64,000 bases of DNA from Spizellomyces punctatus DAOM BR117 (taxonomy: Eukaryota), in NCBI GenBank assembly GCA_000182565.2, contig KQ257464.1, one strand, 5' to 3'. This document shows positions 1 to 13,958 of the stretch, piece after piece. A program made the translations under genes and the position numbers. The stretch's first letter is position 1. Each line of letters begins with the position of its first letter. The notes under the pieces were generated by a model. It made no database searches, was not told where the DNA came from, and worked only from the letters and a program-made list of their open reading frames with translations.

Positions 1-82
1 GGTTTTGCAATTGCTTATCGATCGTTCCGATTTACCTCGTATATTTGGTCACCATCTCACACTGTTCTCTACCAATGTATAG

Positions 83-3000
83 AAGCTTATTGGGCACAAT
101 CCGGAAGTCATTATGGAGCTTACCGAACGCCTTCCGGAACGGGGAACCGAACTTGATGCCATATGGGTCCAAGTATTTCAAGTCGTAATCCAACTCCTGA
201 TGGCCGCCAACCAAAACAAAAAGGCCGGGTACATCCTCATCTCCGCCAAAGCTATTCACTACGCTGGTGAAATTGGTCGCGCTGTGGAAGCCATTGACAA
301 GGTGCCCGCACCTGTGCTAAAGCCTTCCTCAACGATGGGACCAGCACCATCGCTTCCAGCACAGACAACAGAACATTCCCTATTTGCACAGAGCAAAATA
401 CGAATAAAAATTCGTGAGCTGGCAAGGACGGTGAACAATGATCTACCGAAGCAGCTGATGTTGACAACTAGGATTGCAATCGGAGTTTGGCCACCTCAAC
501 ATGCAATGTCCGATATGATTAAAGCCGCTACCGATTTGGCGAGGACGTGCAGGGAATTAACGGATGTAGCGAATATGACCGGTGTTTTCCCAGTGCTGGA
601 CAAGACGCTAGAAGTCAACGTGAGTCGGTCAGCTCGCTTGCGGTTACCTTACATGGCTAACAGCTGTATTGCTCCAGTTCGATCCTTACGAAGACGAGAC
701 GTTGACTGCCAACGCGGTATCAGAGCCCAATAAAGCCGTTCCAGCATCCGGTTTAACCTATGAGGAATACAAGCGCCGAAACGATCTCAAAGTTCTTGAA
801 GAAATTTCTAAACAAAGCACTGGCCGTTCGCGTCCTTCCTCATCGGTCGAAAATATGTCGTTAGTGGAAGACCGCGACGCCCAATTCTTTTCAAAATTGG
901 ACGATCTTCTTCGTCAGTTCGTCGGATCTGTCAAAGAGATACAAAGCGCTTGCAGCAATCACTTGAAAGACTTGTATGTCAGTTTGACAAGTACAGCGGC
1001 TCACACTGCTGAGCTTTTGATTGATGAGATTAAAGGCTATGAGCTGCTTTCCGACTTTCCGGAGGATCTTCCTTTCGATCAAGAGGATGCCAAAGTTCTC
1101 GCTGCCAAAGGCGTCAACGTAGGTGATAACTTTCCAGTTGCAATTGCCGATGTATGGTACGCTGTTCTGGATGAAGTTCGACAAACCGCACGGACTATAA
1201 CTATGCGCGGAAAGCTCGCGTCGGGTGTCATGCCACCTCCCAACGCGGGTTTAGAGATGCTCAATTCTACAATACCATGTGTAATAGCGGTCAAAAAGCT
1301 GGTAACCATTTCCAAAGAGTGTACAGCCAAAATCCGGCGGACAACCTATGAAGACCGAAAAAAGAAGGATCAACTGAGGAAGGATGTCCTTCAGAACGAG
1401 CATGTGAAGAACTTGTTCAAATTATGGGAGAGTCAAGTCTTGTTGCCACAAACGGAAGCTGCCCCCGCAGCTGAGGCAGAACTGCCCAGTACGGAGGATT
1501 TAGAATTCCTTCAGGATGACTTGGAAGGATTGCAATTGGACATGTCGAATAATCCACCCATTGTCAAGGGTGGAAAGTTGACAAAGTTGGTAGAATGGAT
1601 GACATCCCATACTCAATATGGTACGACTTCATCATATTGCTCTCTGAAAAAGGTCCTTGGTCCTTGGATAACCTTATTATTGTGTATGGTAGACAAGGAA
1701 TTTATTTCCGCCTTCATTTTAACACACCACTCCTTCACCACGTCTCTCGAACTTCTCGAATTCCTCAGCAAACGGTATACCATCAATCTCCCACCAGCAC
1801 TGAGTCGTCAGCAATATGATCTCTTTCTTCGATGCAAAGTTCTGCCTGTGAAGCAGAGAGTGTGTGGCGTCATCAAGTACTGGATGGAAACGCACTTTGA
1901 AGAAGACTTTTCGCAGTGTGATCTGGTCGTTTTCAAGTTGCGTGATTTTGTTGAGAGTGTGGTTACCTTAGATTCAGAGGCATTGGCCAAAGATCTCATG
2001 AAGATGCTGGACGAAAAGGTCCGGTTGATAGTGAATGCGCCCTTGTTTATTTCTTTCTTGTGCTAACGCTGAAGGTCTTGTAGTTAAGCGCCACCACGAG
2101 TGGTGCAACCGTACCGACCAAAACTCTATTAGCACCGCAACCCCAAGTACACCAGCCTCCACCACCTAAACTACCCCGGTCCTTTGCAACCACCAGCCCT
2201 GAAATCTACGCTCTACTTTCCTCCTCCTCGACGGGCTACTTAGAATTCGACCCGCTAGAAATGGCGCGCCAGCTCGCAATCCTCGAGTTTGAACATTTTA
2301 GGCGTATCAAGGCCCATGAATGTTTGGACCAAATTTGGGGAGATCGGCGAAAGAAGGAAATGGTACAGATGGGGTGCAACGTAAAAAGCGACGGTGTAAG
2401 GTCTGGACTGACGGATATCATTAAGCATACGAATGTGGTATGTGCTCCAATATTGAAATGTGCACAACGCCCATTGAACTTCTCACCTTGTATATCAATG
2501 GCGTAGGTAACAGTCTGGATTGCAAACAGCATCATTCGTCACGAAAACCTCAAAGACAGGCGCGATACTTTAAAGTACTTTGCACAAATGGCGCTGGTAA
2601 GCGGCAAAAAGAATCACAGTTATTGTTTATGCTTGTACTGAAACTACCCTTTGAACTGTTCCCATTGCTTTCATTAGCACTGCCAAGAACTCAGCAACTT
2701 CAACGGCATAACAGCAATTAACGCCGCCATGTCTATGGCACCCGTCCATCGCTTGCGAAAAACGTGGGAGGTAGGACGAAATAATGGCAGCAACCATGTT
2801 GGGTCAGCAGTAAATATATATCTTGTATCCAGGCATTCAAGGAGAAATATCCTAAAATCCACGAAGCATACGAAGAAGTAGCTGCTACGGTCTCGCCCAA
2901 AGGTCAATATGCAAACTACCGCCGTGCTCTAAAAGAGCTTGTTCCACCCGCAGTACCCTTCCTCGGTAAGCTCCGCAATGACAGGAAAGCTCGCCCGATC

Positions 3001-3369
3001 CATCGTCCTAATTAATCATCCATCTCATAAGGTGTGTCCTTGACTGACTTGACGTTCACCGAACTTGGGAATCCAGATTTCATTCCCGATACAGCATTCA
3101 TCAACTTTGACAAACGGCGCAAAGTTTACCACATACTCTCGTCATCCATTCAAAAATATCAGACAACACCTTACAATCTTCTCCCGGTGCCAGGTATGCT
3201 GGAATTTTTCCGAGATCTTAGCCGAAGTGGGGCTGGAAAGAGTGGGCGGGCGATAGGACTGGTTGAGCTCTCCTTGATGGATGAAGAGGAACTGTATGAG
3301 ATCAGTTTAAGAGTTGAGCCTAGGGAAGAGGAGTTGAGTGATGAAGACATGGCTGATGATGGATATTGA
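83..3369 (+). CDS. Ras guanine-nucleotide exchange factor (Cdc25-like; REM + RasGEF domains), multi-exon, 5' part lies upstream of window
   Basis: REM motifs (IVKGGKLTKLVEWMT, FILTHHSFTTSLELL, RVCGVIKYWMETHF) and CDC25-homology motifs (MARQLAILEFEHF, VPFL|GVSLTDLTFTELGNPD, INFDKRRK) spread over ORFs 669-2066, 2261-2506, 3034-3369 and linked by GT-AG introns. Confidence 0.92.
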
Positions 3370-3764
3370 AGAGGGTACTTAGTGTTTGATGCAGTTATAT
3401 GTAATTCTCAGTGACATGTTAATTTATCATTAGTCTTTTTGGCGCATGTAAAACACCTCGCGATAATGTCGCTGATTTGGCGAGCTATACTAGCAGGATA
3501 TTTAAGCCAGACCAAGGCGTTCATTCTCAGAGCCATTCAATAGCAGGTGAATCGTCACGGCATCAGGTGTTCGAGATTAAGACATGAATGTGCCGATGAC
3601 CACACGAACACTAGTATTCAAGGGATCAACTAACAGAGGACAAGGTATATTATCACGGACATGAGAGTGTGCAGAAAAAATATCCCCCGCAATCTCATCA
3701 TATCCTAGTCATATTTTCAAGCATTTCTTGTATAAATGTGGGGATAAACGTGCGCTGTGGCAGT

Positions 3765-4372
3765 TTACTATCAACGCAAAACGAGTATGGTTTAGTCATG
3801 ACCCGGATGGAAGCGCGTGGCGGGAAAGTCGAATACTCACGTAGTTTACGCTAATGAGATAGTCAGCCAATCCTTCTACAACCTTTGTCGCCTCACCCGC
3901 TTGAACTGGAGCATCGTAAACGCCGATCAAGACGGCCTGCTTTGTCTTCACAATGACAACACCGCCCTGTCCCTGATTGTGAGAAAACGGCGGTGTTAGC
4001 TGCGCACTTAACATGATGTGGAATCACGACAGCTAGTCGCGTATCAGAGTGCATACCTGCTTGCCGTAGATACTACGGTCATCGGCCCGAAGCGTAAAGT
4101 ACTTGGAGCCGTTCAGGTGAATACCGCTGGCGCGGATGGTAGAAGCATCTGTGAAAGACTTGATGAGGGTTTGGACTTCGTTTTGCGCGACCTATTCAAA
4201 GCGAGGAGACGTGAGACCATTCGTCTGAAAGCTATGCATGTGTGGTAAAACGACAACTCACGCTGAAGCCCTTGGAGGTTGCCCAGAGAGAGCCATCAAG
4301 ACCGTGAATGGCCGCTTGCTGAATCTTTCCGGTACCAATCAGGTTGCTGTCGACGTACGCTTGCCAGGACAT
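3765..4372 (-). CDS. PFY1: Profilin
   Basis: Spliced translation [31 protein letters not shown] ... [17 protein letters not shown] ... [13 protein letters not shown]. Confidence 0.95.
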
Positions 4373-4846
4373 GTTTTACAGATAGTGTTGAAGGAGAGGT
4401 TTGCGAGGAACGGAGCAACGAAATAACAGAAAAACACGAGATGTGTGATGAGCGATGAAAAGCAAACGAGCGTGCAGTTGGGAAGGGGACGAACGAAGCG
4501 CTACGGCCTTAAATACGGATACAACTCTGCGCGGCAACCAGTCCAAGGGAAGGGGCGCGTTTGAATGGAGCTTCCATTTGGCTTCTAGAAGATGCATTTG
4601 AACACTTGCATTGCAGGCGCTTTGTTTATTTTCCTTCTTTTGACGCAGTCTGGAATCGACGATACAAAAAAAAGGAAAAGGATCATCGGAACTAGGACGA
4701 ACAGTTTTTCTTGATACAAGCAATATATTGATTAGAACTTGACAGTTAATGATACTGACGGCGGATTATCCCCCCCAACGCGGACACACACAAAAAACCA
4801 TTCACTACAACCCGTAATAAATGCAACTAGATATATCCTCCTTGCT

Positions 4847-7800
4847 CTAAAACCCAGTAGCAGATGTTGTACGGTCTATGCGCATCTTGAGCTTTTCCAC
4901 TTCTTTCTCAAAGCTGTTTACAATGAATAAATGATGGGATCAGATAAAGATTGTCTGGAGAAAAGCAAAATATTAGGAAACTTACCGCAGTGCACGATCT
5001 CTGTACTCATTTGCTTCGCGTTCAGCGCGACGCTTAGAGAGTTGGAGGTTACTTTCGGATGTTTCCTTTAAAAAAAGACTGTTACTATTGCTGTATCGAA
5101 GCATCATAATATATTCAGTTATCAAGACTCACCAACTCGTCCAGCTGTGTTTTCATCCTCTTCATCTTTTGCTCCATCTTCTCCATTTCCTCGTCATTTC
5201 TTTGCTTTTGCTTATCCTTCTCCTGCAACTGGAATTGCAGCTCCCGAATGACGCGATCGGTTTTTCTTGCGTTCTTCGCAACCTCATTCTTTTCTTTGGT
5301 CTCAGCATCCAAGGCTGCACTCAACTCTTCAAGGCGTGCCTCAAGTCTTTTCACATGTCCAGCATCACGCTGTAGAGCAGTGCTTTCAAGATCAACGATG
5401 CGAGCATTGAGCTCTTTAATAGTCTTATCCAATGCAACCTTCTCCTTTTCCATTGAGAGTGCTCGGTCTTTTTCTTTTGAAAGATCTCCGGAAATTTCAT
5501 TGGCAAATTGCTCGGCTCTTCTGGCCCGATCCTCTGCGGTTCGTGCTCTGTCCTGGTATTCCTCAAGTTGGTCCCGGAGGTCGGCATTATCTTGATCAAG
5601 GGCTTGCATGGATCGTTGAATATCAGCACGTCCACGAGCTGTATCATCGTAACTTTCGCTGAGCTCTTCGACACGTGCTTCGAGTGTCCTCTTTGTCTTC
5701 TCCAGTAGCGATCGTTGCGCCTCTGAATCGTCCAATGATGACCGTAGATCACGAACTTGGTTGAGGAGACCGGTGATTTGGGATTGGAGATCATCGTAGG
5801 TGTTGAGGGAGTCGTTGTAAGCGCGATTAAGGTCTTCGAGCTTGGCTTCCATTCGCTCTCGGTCCTTTTTCCAGTTTGTAGCACTGCGAAGCTCTTCCTC
5901 GAGGCGGTTGGAAACGGACTCGAGATCTGTCTCCAAGTCCTTTGCGGTTGCTTTGAGGTTAACCGCATTACTCTTCTCAATTTCGAGTTCAGTCATGAGC
6001 TGTTTAATCTCTTTCTGGTACTTCTTGCGTGTCGCATCTACCACCAACTCACGCTCTTCCAATTCCCTCCTGTGCCTCTCATGCAAGGCTTCGATCTCTT
6101 CCTGGAGCTTACGCTTCACAACGGCGAGATCTGCAAGCTCGTGCGAGTCTTCCTCCATCTTGTCCTGCAGATCAATCACTTGCTCCTCCAGACTCCTCAC
6201 TTTGTCCTCAGCCAACTTACGTTCCTTGAGGGCCTCATTGAGGCTGTCCTCCAGTTCATTTATCTGGATTCGGTAGGAGCTCTCGCTCTTCTCAGCCTTA
6301 ATGCGAGCCAGCTCGGCTGCTTCAAGCTTAGTAAGAGTCTGGTCAGCCCTCGCGCGGTGCATGGCAAGAGACTCAGAGAGGTCATTCGATTTGGCAGTCT
6401 CAGCGTCAAGCTTAAGTTGCAGTTCTTTAAGCTCCGCGGCCAGCTTTCGACGAGCGGCACCCTCGTCACTCTTCGCAATCACTTCTGCTTCTAATCTGCT
6501 CTTGAGCTCATCGATCTCCGACTGAAGCAATCGTCGCTGCTTTTCCAAATTGGTAATGTCCTTATTCTTATCATCCAACTCCTGAGTTGTCAACCTCTGA
6601 GCGGCAAGCAGAGCTCTTCTTGACTCTTCGAGTTTCTCGATCTTGCTATCAAGATCATCGCGCGCCCGAGACCGTAACGCTTCTAGTTCACTAGAGTTTG
6701 AAATCCTGGCAGCTTCAAGTGCGGCACGGGCTTCCTCGGATTCTTCGAGCTTAGCTTGCAACCTCTGCAGCTCCTTTTCAAGTCTCTTTTTGGCTTCCCC
6801 GAGCGCAGCTTTGCTGTCATCGCCACCTTCGAGTTCATTGTGCAACTCTTCCACCTTACGCTCGAGCTGCTTCCGTGTACGTTCGCTGCTGTCCAAAAGA
6901 CCTTCCAGTCTCTCAATCTCACTCTGAAGGGAATTGGCTTTCTTTTCATGGCGCTGGCTCAATTCCTCAAAATTCCTGCGGTTACGCTCCTCCTCCTCCA
7001 ACTTGAGGTGCAGCTCGCGCAACTGAGCTTCCGTCTTAGTCTTGGCCTTTTGAAGATCGGTCTGGCCCTTCACTGAGTTTTCGGCGCGCGACATGAGATC
7101 TTCAACCTGCTCCTCAAGTCTCTTTTTGGATTTCAGCAGCTCATTCTTTTGGTTGGTCGTTTCGTCTAGCTGCTCTCCAAGTGAGTTTACCTCCCGCATG
7201 AGCATGCGACGAGTCTCCTCCATTTGAGAATCTTTTGTGAGCAGATCTGCTTCCATCCGCTTCCGGTAGTCGCTCAATTGTATTTCAAGACTTTGTTTGG
7301 CCTCCTCAACCTTTCTACGAATAGTCTCTTCTTCCTCCAATTGTCCTTGCAACTCATCAATGCGAGATTCTAGACGCCGCTTAGCTTTCTCCAGCTCATG
7401 GACATTCTTGCCACCATCGCCGATTTCGTCAATCAACGCTTTGAGTTCTGTTTCCAGCTCATTCTTACTCTTCTGTATACCGGCCATTTGGTGAATCTTT
7501 TCGTCTACCTCTAGTTGCAGGGAGTCGATGGTGCTTTGGAGTTTTCTTCCATTGGACTCTGCAAGCTCCCTTTGGCGCCGCTCATTCTCAAGAGTAAGGT
7601 TTGTTGTGCTAAGCTGGGACTCGACCTGCTTGAGCAGTCGCTCAGCGTTTCTTGCCGCATTGTGCTCACGCTCAATCTCAATGCGCAAGTCCTCCGTTTC
7701 GGCGGTGAGACGAGCTTTAGTTTTCTCGAGGTTGGCGGAATTGCGGTCCAGCTCATCATATCGTTGCTGGAGGTCTGCGAGTTCCTTTTGCAGTTTTGTC

Positions 7801-10800
7801 CGTGCTTCCTCAAGTTCTGCACTACGGCCGGCAACTTCTTTGTTGAACTTGTCTTTGAGTGCATCCAGCTCGGACGTCTTACTAGCCAGGCGCTTTGCAA
7901 CGTCAGCTTTGTTGTTCTCTTCCTCGTCCAAGCGAGCCTGTAAATCAGCCAGTTCCATTGTGACCTTCTTCTTCTGGCTTTCGACATGAGTACGCTTCTT
8001 GACTTCATCCTCTAAATCATCACGGAGGGCATCCGCCTGCTTCTGCAGGCTCTGTCTCTCCCTGTCCAGGCGTGCATTGGTTGCCTCGCTCTCGTCAACG
8101 CGGGCCTGCAAGACAGCAATCTGTCTTTCAAGAGCCTCCTTCTGTGCTTTAACCTCGGATAAAGCTGCCTCTGCGTCCTCAGCACGGGATCTAAGGGAAA
8201 TCAGATCACCTTCGACCTGACGCCTATTCTTCTCCAATCTGGCGCGCGTTTCTTCGCTTTTTTCAACCTCTTCCCTCATGTTGTTCAAATCCCTTTCTAT
8301 AGCCGACTTGGCTTTGCTGATATTGGCGGAATCTTCTCGTGCAGCGTCAAGCTCCATGCGCAACTTGTCAATGACTTGTTGCGTTTTTTTCCTTGTGTCA
8401 TCCAGTTCGGCTTGCGAGGCGCTGAGTTGCGATTTGAGATCCTGAACTTCGGTCTCGCGAAGGCGGCGCAATTCTGTCTGTTTCGTCTCCTCAGTGCCCT
8501 TGGCCTCCATCATGTGGCGAAGGGACTCAAGCTCCTCCTCCAGCTTCTTGCGCTGTTTGACTAGCTTCTCACGTTCTCCGCGCTCCGTTTCCAGGTCGCC
8601 TTGTGCGCTGTTGAGCTTGAGTTGCAGGTCACGTCTTTGTTTGTCGACGCTTTCCTTTTCGGTACTTTCAACACGAAGACGCTCATTGAGTTCTGCCAAC
8701 TCGTGCTCGCGCTTCTTGATTGTACTTTCGAGTTCAGCGCGCACTCGTTGGAGCTCAGCAACGTTTTCTTGGGCCGTGCGAAGATCTGCTTCAAGGGCGG
8801 ATCGGCGGTGGTCGAGCTTCTGTCGATCATCCTGCTCTTGTTCCAATTTCTGCTCGAGCTCAGCAATTGTTGTTTTGAGCTTAGTTTGTTGCCGGTTAAG
8901 GTCAACCTGGCTATCTCCAGCGCTTTCAAGTTGACGCTGAAATTCAGCCAACTGATATTCCAGCGATTTCCGGTCAGTTTCCAATTTTTGAATCCTTTCC
9001 GAGTCATTCCTAAGCTCATCCTCCAACTCCTTGATACGCTGCTCCCGAGCCTGCTTCTCTTTTTCAAGCCTGTCCAGATTAGCGCGCTCTTGCTCAAGCT
9101 GTCCACGCAGCTCACTGATGCCTCCTTCCAGTTTTCTTTTCTCCTTGCTCAGCTCTTCATTGGCAGCCTCACGTTCTTCAAGATCGGCCGAAGCTTCCTT
9201 CAATTGTTCGGAGAGAGCGGCTTCACGCTCCTGCACACGGGCAAGAATCTCAGCCTGGTTAGCTGCGGCGTTCTTCTCGTCGATAAGCATGTCTTCCAAG
9301 CGCTTTTTCTCAGTATCAAGAGCGCTGCGAGCCGCCTCAAGCTTCAGCCGCTCTTCCTGTTCCTTCTTGGCCTTCTCCTCCCATTCTTTGGCAAGCTCTT
9401 CCCGTTTACGCAGCTCTTCATCTGTGCGCGTCACAGCCAATAGAGGCTTGACCTTGGTATACAATCGCCACCATGACCACTCCCGCAATGTCACATAAAC
9501 ACGGGCATTCTTTTGAATGATGCGGATAGCCCGGAACTGGTCGATGCGTTTCTTATACAATTTGCGAGCAAGGTACCCTCTCATAAGCGCTTGAATGCGC
9601 GTTACGATCCTGGACAATTGTACGTCCCGTCGCTCTTCCAGCTCGGCCAGCACTCCTGCGCGGAAGAAAACTTTGCTGCTTCCGAGACGGTACTGGTTCT
9701 TATCAAGAGCGAGTGTTTCGAGGAGTAGTTGAGCAGCTTGGCGGCCATCCATGAAACCTCGGGGAATTACTCCTGAGGCGAGGAGCTCATACCGCTGACG
9801 GAAGTCGGCGAAGGGAAGTCGGTTGGGGAAACCAGCTCGGCAAATACGGATCCCTTCCAAAACACCGTTGCAGCGTAATTGATCGAGAACTAGGTTTACA
9901 TTTAGTTTACCAGGGCGTTTCTCCTCATTCGGAATGATACAACGAACAAAGTGGGGTTCCGTCGAGTATAAAGTATTCATCAAAGAATTGAGTTGCTCTT
10001 TATGTCTCTGAGCAACGGTTCGGAAAGCACCCTTCTTTGTAACTCCTCTGGTCTTGACGTTGTCCTCGGCCTCTGCCAAATACTCTGTAAACAAGGACCC
10101 AATGTACTTGTCCGTTGAATTCGCCAATAATCGCGTGACATTCTCGTTCAATGGGTCTTTGTTCTTGTCCAACCAGCCTGCGGTGTTGTACTCGACCTTT
10201 CCTGCGTAGTGCTGGAGAATGAACCCTTGATTGAATCTGGGTGTTTCGTACTTGGCCGATTTGCCCTTCCATATTCCGTTTAGCTTTTCGATAAACGTTT
10301 TGTCGGTGGCTTTGGGCATGACACATTCCTCATCCAAGCAGGAAAGGATACCAATTGGCGATGTCTTCTCAATGAGGTCAATAGTGGGCTGGAGGTCGAG
10401 ACCAAAGTCGATGAATTTCCATTCAATGCCTTCACGGCGGTACTCCTCCTGCTCAAGGATAAACATATGGTGATTGAAGAATTGTTGAAGACGTTCGTTG
10501 GTGTAGTTGATGCAGAGCTGTTCGAAGCTGTTGTGCTGTACAAAGATAGAATCAGCCACTACTTCAACCAAATGGCAGAAGTGGCAGTATGCAATACCTC
10601 AAAGATCTCAAAACCTGCAATATCCAACACGCCAATGAATGTGGATTTTGATGAGGGAGTGTAGATAGCGGCATTAATTCGCTCAACCAATTTTCCAAAC
10701 ATGCGCTCATACAAGGACCTTGACAGAGCTTCAATAGAATACAATACTTGCTCTACATTCCTCGCCTGAGTAACCCAGTCTCGACCAGCTTTGATCTTGG

Positions 10801-12180
10801 GCTTCAGCAAACTCTTGGCAAATTCGGCGACAGGAATCCCCAAGACATGGCAGACCTTTTCGCAAGCTGACTGGGCTGCCTCGCCTGAAAGCTGTGCCTG
10901 ATCTTCCCTGTCTGCAGTGAAGGTGATGTTTCCAAGGTGAAGAATGGCCGCGATGATCTTGAACAGGTCCATTTGCTCATCTGGGGAGATCTTCATGATA
11001 TCCAAAGCGTCACGAAGCATCTTGAATTCTGCGGCATCATCGACTCCTTCAATATTATGGTTGGAGCCTTTAGTAAAGCGATAAGATGCAAGGTTTCCAT
11101 CAAGCAGGAGCTTTTCCTTCACATCGGCAGGCGCTCCTTTGAGAAGTTGATAATAGATGTGATAATTCCTCTCTTTGGATGTCTGGTGCGTCACGCGAGA
11201 CTTCTCGAGAAGATACCACTCGATATTCGCACCCGCAATGTGTCCAGTTGTGTTGAATTCGATCCGAATGAACTTTCCAAATCGAGAGGAGTTGTTGTTG
11301 CGGATGGTTTGAGCATTACCAAATGACTCAAGAATAGGGTTTGCTTGGAGAATCTGCTGCTCAAGAGTTCCTAGGGATTTGCCGCTTCCGCTGGTGCTCG
11401 CAATGGACGCAAGGTATTGAATGACCTTCTTGGTGTTTTCGGTCTTTCCAGCGCCTGATTCACCTCTGCAAATCAATGGACATTGTTAGTTGATTCAGCA
11501 AGGGTCTTACAGCACTATAATGGCCACAGGCAAACATACGTGATGAGAATAGACTGGTTTTCTCTGTCCTGGGTCATGTCGTGATATGCGGCATCTGAAA
11601 TGGCGTAGATGTGAGGGGGCATCTCACTCCTTTTTTTGCCCTTATATCCCTTGATGATGTCGTCCGTGTAGATGGGAAGTCTCTTGTACGGGTTGACAGC
11701 CACCAGAAAGAGTCCAGAGTATGTCTATGTAGTGACTAAGTCAGTGTTCGGCTGCCGGACAAGTAAACACAGACGATACCAACATAGATCAGGTTTGAGA
11801 GGTACCGAAGCCTCAGATTATGAACGACGGAAGCTTCATTCAAGTATGTCAAATCCGCCATATCTTCCGCTTTGTCAAACTTTGGCGGATTCATTTTTTC
11901 GGTATCATTAATATTGACTGTTCGTTGCTGGAGGGGCAATGCAAGTTGAGCGCGTGGTTAGCGGATGCGACATTGAGTTCAGCGCTAATGCACACTTGGT
12001 ACTTACTGTATCATTCAGTAGTGCTACCAAAACGTTGTCCCCATCCTCGCTCACAATCGAACCCGCAATGTACCCTTCCTCCTTGTCGCTCACCCATACC
12101 CATTTTTTCTCCGCCCACTGCGCTTGTGCTAGAGCGTCCGCCCCAAGATCGGGGCGAATTCGCTCAGTATGTGACACCAT
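4847..12180 (-). CDS. Myosin II (conventional) heavy chain
   Basis: N-terminal KKWVWV SH3-like segment, P-loop [37 protein letters not shown] motifs, [14 protein letters not shown] and about 1400 aa of coiled-coil tail (ORF 5115-10571). Confidence 0.97.
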
Positions 12181-12765
12181 AGTAGAGGGGTTTGTTGGAT
12201 AACTGGCAACGCCGTCCAATGAATGTCAGTTGGGATACTACGACAGGAAGAAGCGAAACGTGGTCATACAAACCTGTCGGGAGACTCAATTCCGGAAAGT
12301 TGGGCTGCCGCGTGCAACTCTCCTATAAGTGGGGTATACCAGCAACTTTCTAAATGTGCCGAGAAAACGTTGCGGTCCTGTGTTTAAGACTCTTGACTCT
12401 CGGAACCCGTCGCGAGACTGGATTTGCTGATGCAAACCTAAATAGGCTGACATAATCCCAGTAATTGTTCTGGAATATAGCGCGCTTAACCCACATTTTT
12501 GGATTCCAGACGCTTCTTTCTTACGCTTTTTTGCACTGAATTCGGAAGCTAATTATGTTCTTCTTGCTGCAAACGACATCCTTCAGGATACGCTCTTGTT
12601 TGTACGCAAGACGCAAGAAAGAGGATGGAGCGGACAAACGTTCAGATGCCGATTACGAAACGACCACACGTGACTGACACGCCAAGTTAACGACAAGAGC
12701 CCCCCTTCCCTCCACAGGATATTCTACCATCTTGGTTTAAAGCAGAATACTTTTATACACGAACA

Positions 12766-13556
12766 ATGATGGCAGACTCGGAAATACAGCGACCCAAGTA
12801 TCCGACACGTGTGGAAAACGTTCCATATGGGAAGGCGCTCTGCGCGGACCGGGATCTACCGGTGGGTCATCGCAGAATTGCGGTAGTATTCTGCTGAACA
12901 GTGGTTTAACTCATCCTCACATCAACATGCTTAGGCTGGCACGGTTGTAGAAAAGTTTGAAGGAAAAGGTGAGATTGTGCAGATGGAGGGCCGTTTTTGT
13001 GAATACATGGTTGATGTTTCGTCATCAGTTGTGGAATACGAGGACCTTTCAGATTATGACAAAACATATGTATTGAATTTTCAACCTAAAGGCTCGACAG
13101 AATGGAAATGGTATGTAGATGTTGAAGCATCTTTTCCTCTTAAAACTGACCAACAGTGACTGTTAGGCTGCTACCACTGTCGAACGCTAGATATGCAAAT
13201 CGTAAGATATACTGCATCATTCGTATACAGCAGTTGATGATGACTTAATTTGAGTTCTTACTGCGCAGATTCCTGCGATCCATGTGCATATATTAACGAT
13301 AACCGGGAGCTTGTGCTGCGCAGAGCCGTGCGCGAAGGAGATCAAATCACTTTCTTATACAATCCAGGAGAAGATTCCGATTGGTGGGATCCAGTATGGA
13401 ACTTCAAGGTCTGCCTCAACCAAGGAGTGGAAGTTCTGTACTAGAAACTGTTTGCTAAACTGGCCATTTCTATCTATTTTCAGTGCTGCTGTGGCGCCAA
13501 ACAATGCCAAGGAGACATTGATCGGTATAGAAAACCCACAACTGTCAACTGAATAG
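12766..13556 (+). CDS. Small stand-alone SET domain protein with post-SET cysteines
   Basis: Spliced: YGKALCADRDLP..GTVVEKFEG..RYANHSCDP..RAVREGDQITFLY..FKCCCGAKQCQG. Confidence 0.8.
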
Positions 13557-13958
13557 CAGTTTATCTATTGAACAAATAAAGTCTGGCTCCATCGCCCGTG
13601 ATGATGCCCAATGATCTATTATTACGGGTATCAAACATGCGTCATCTGTCCTTGGCGTCTGTCCAATTAACGCCAGAAAATCTGCTTTACTTGCCATCTC
13701 ATCGTTGTTATAGAACGGACATAGAGCTTCCAGAACCATAACACGATTGCTGAAGGTTGTGTGCACCGACGCGCACGGGGCATCGCACCTTCTCCTGTCA
13801 CTCTAGCATCGAATAGCATATCGACATCGTAAAATCTGTCTAACTAGGAAAACAGATATAGTCTACACACAGTGGGCCGCGGGATATTGATCGTATGATC
13901 GAATTGAGGTCATCACAGCGTCCCCAGCCGGGTCTTCCAATGCTCGGTGTCGGCAGGT

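Noticed and set aside
1621-1692. Odd hydrophobic inserts inside long ORFs (also 25738-25797 in MscL)
   Set aside because: Stop-free introns of 3n length with GT-AG ends; an artefact of unspliced translation.
5248-9728. Many long plus-strand ORFs antisense to the myosin tail
   Set aside because: Ser/Leu/Phe-rich shadow ORFs produced by the Glu/Lys/Gln codon bias of the coiled coil; no motifs.
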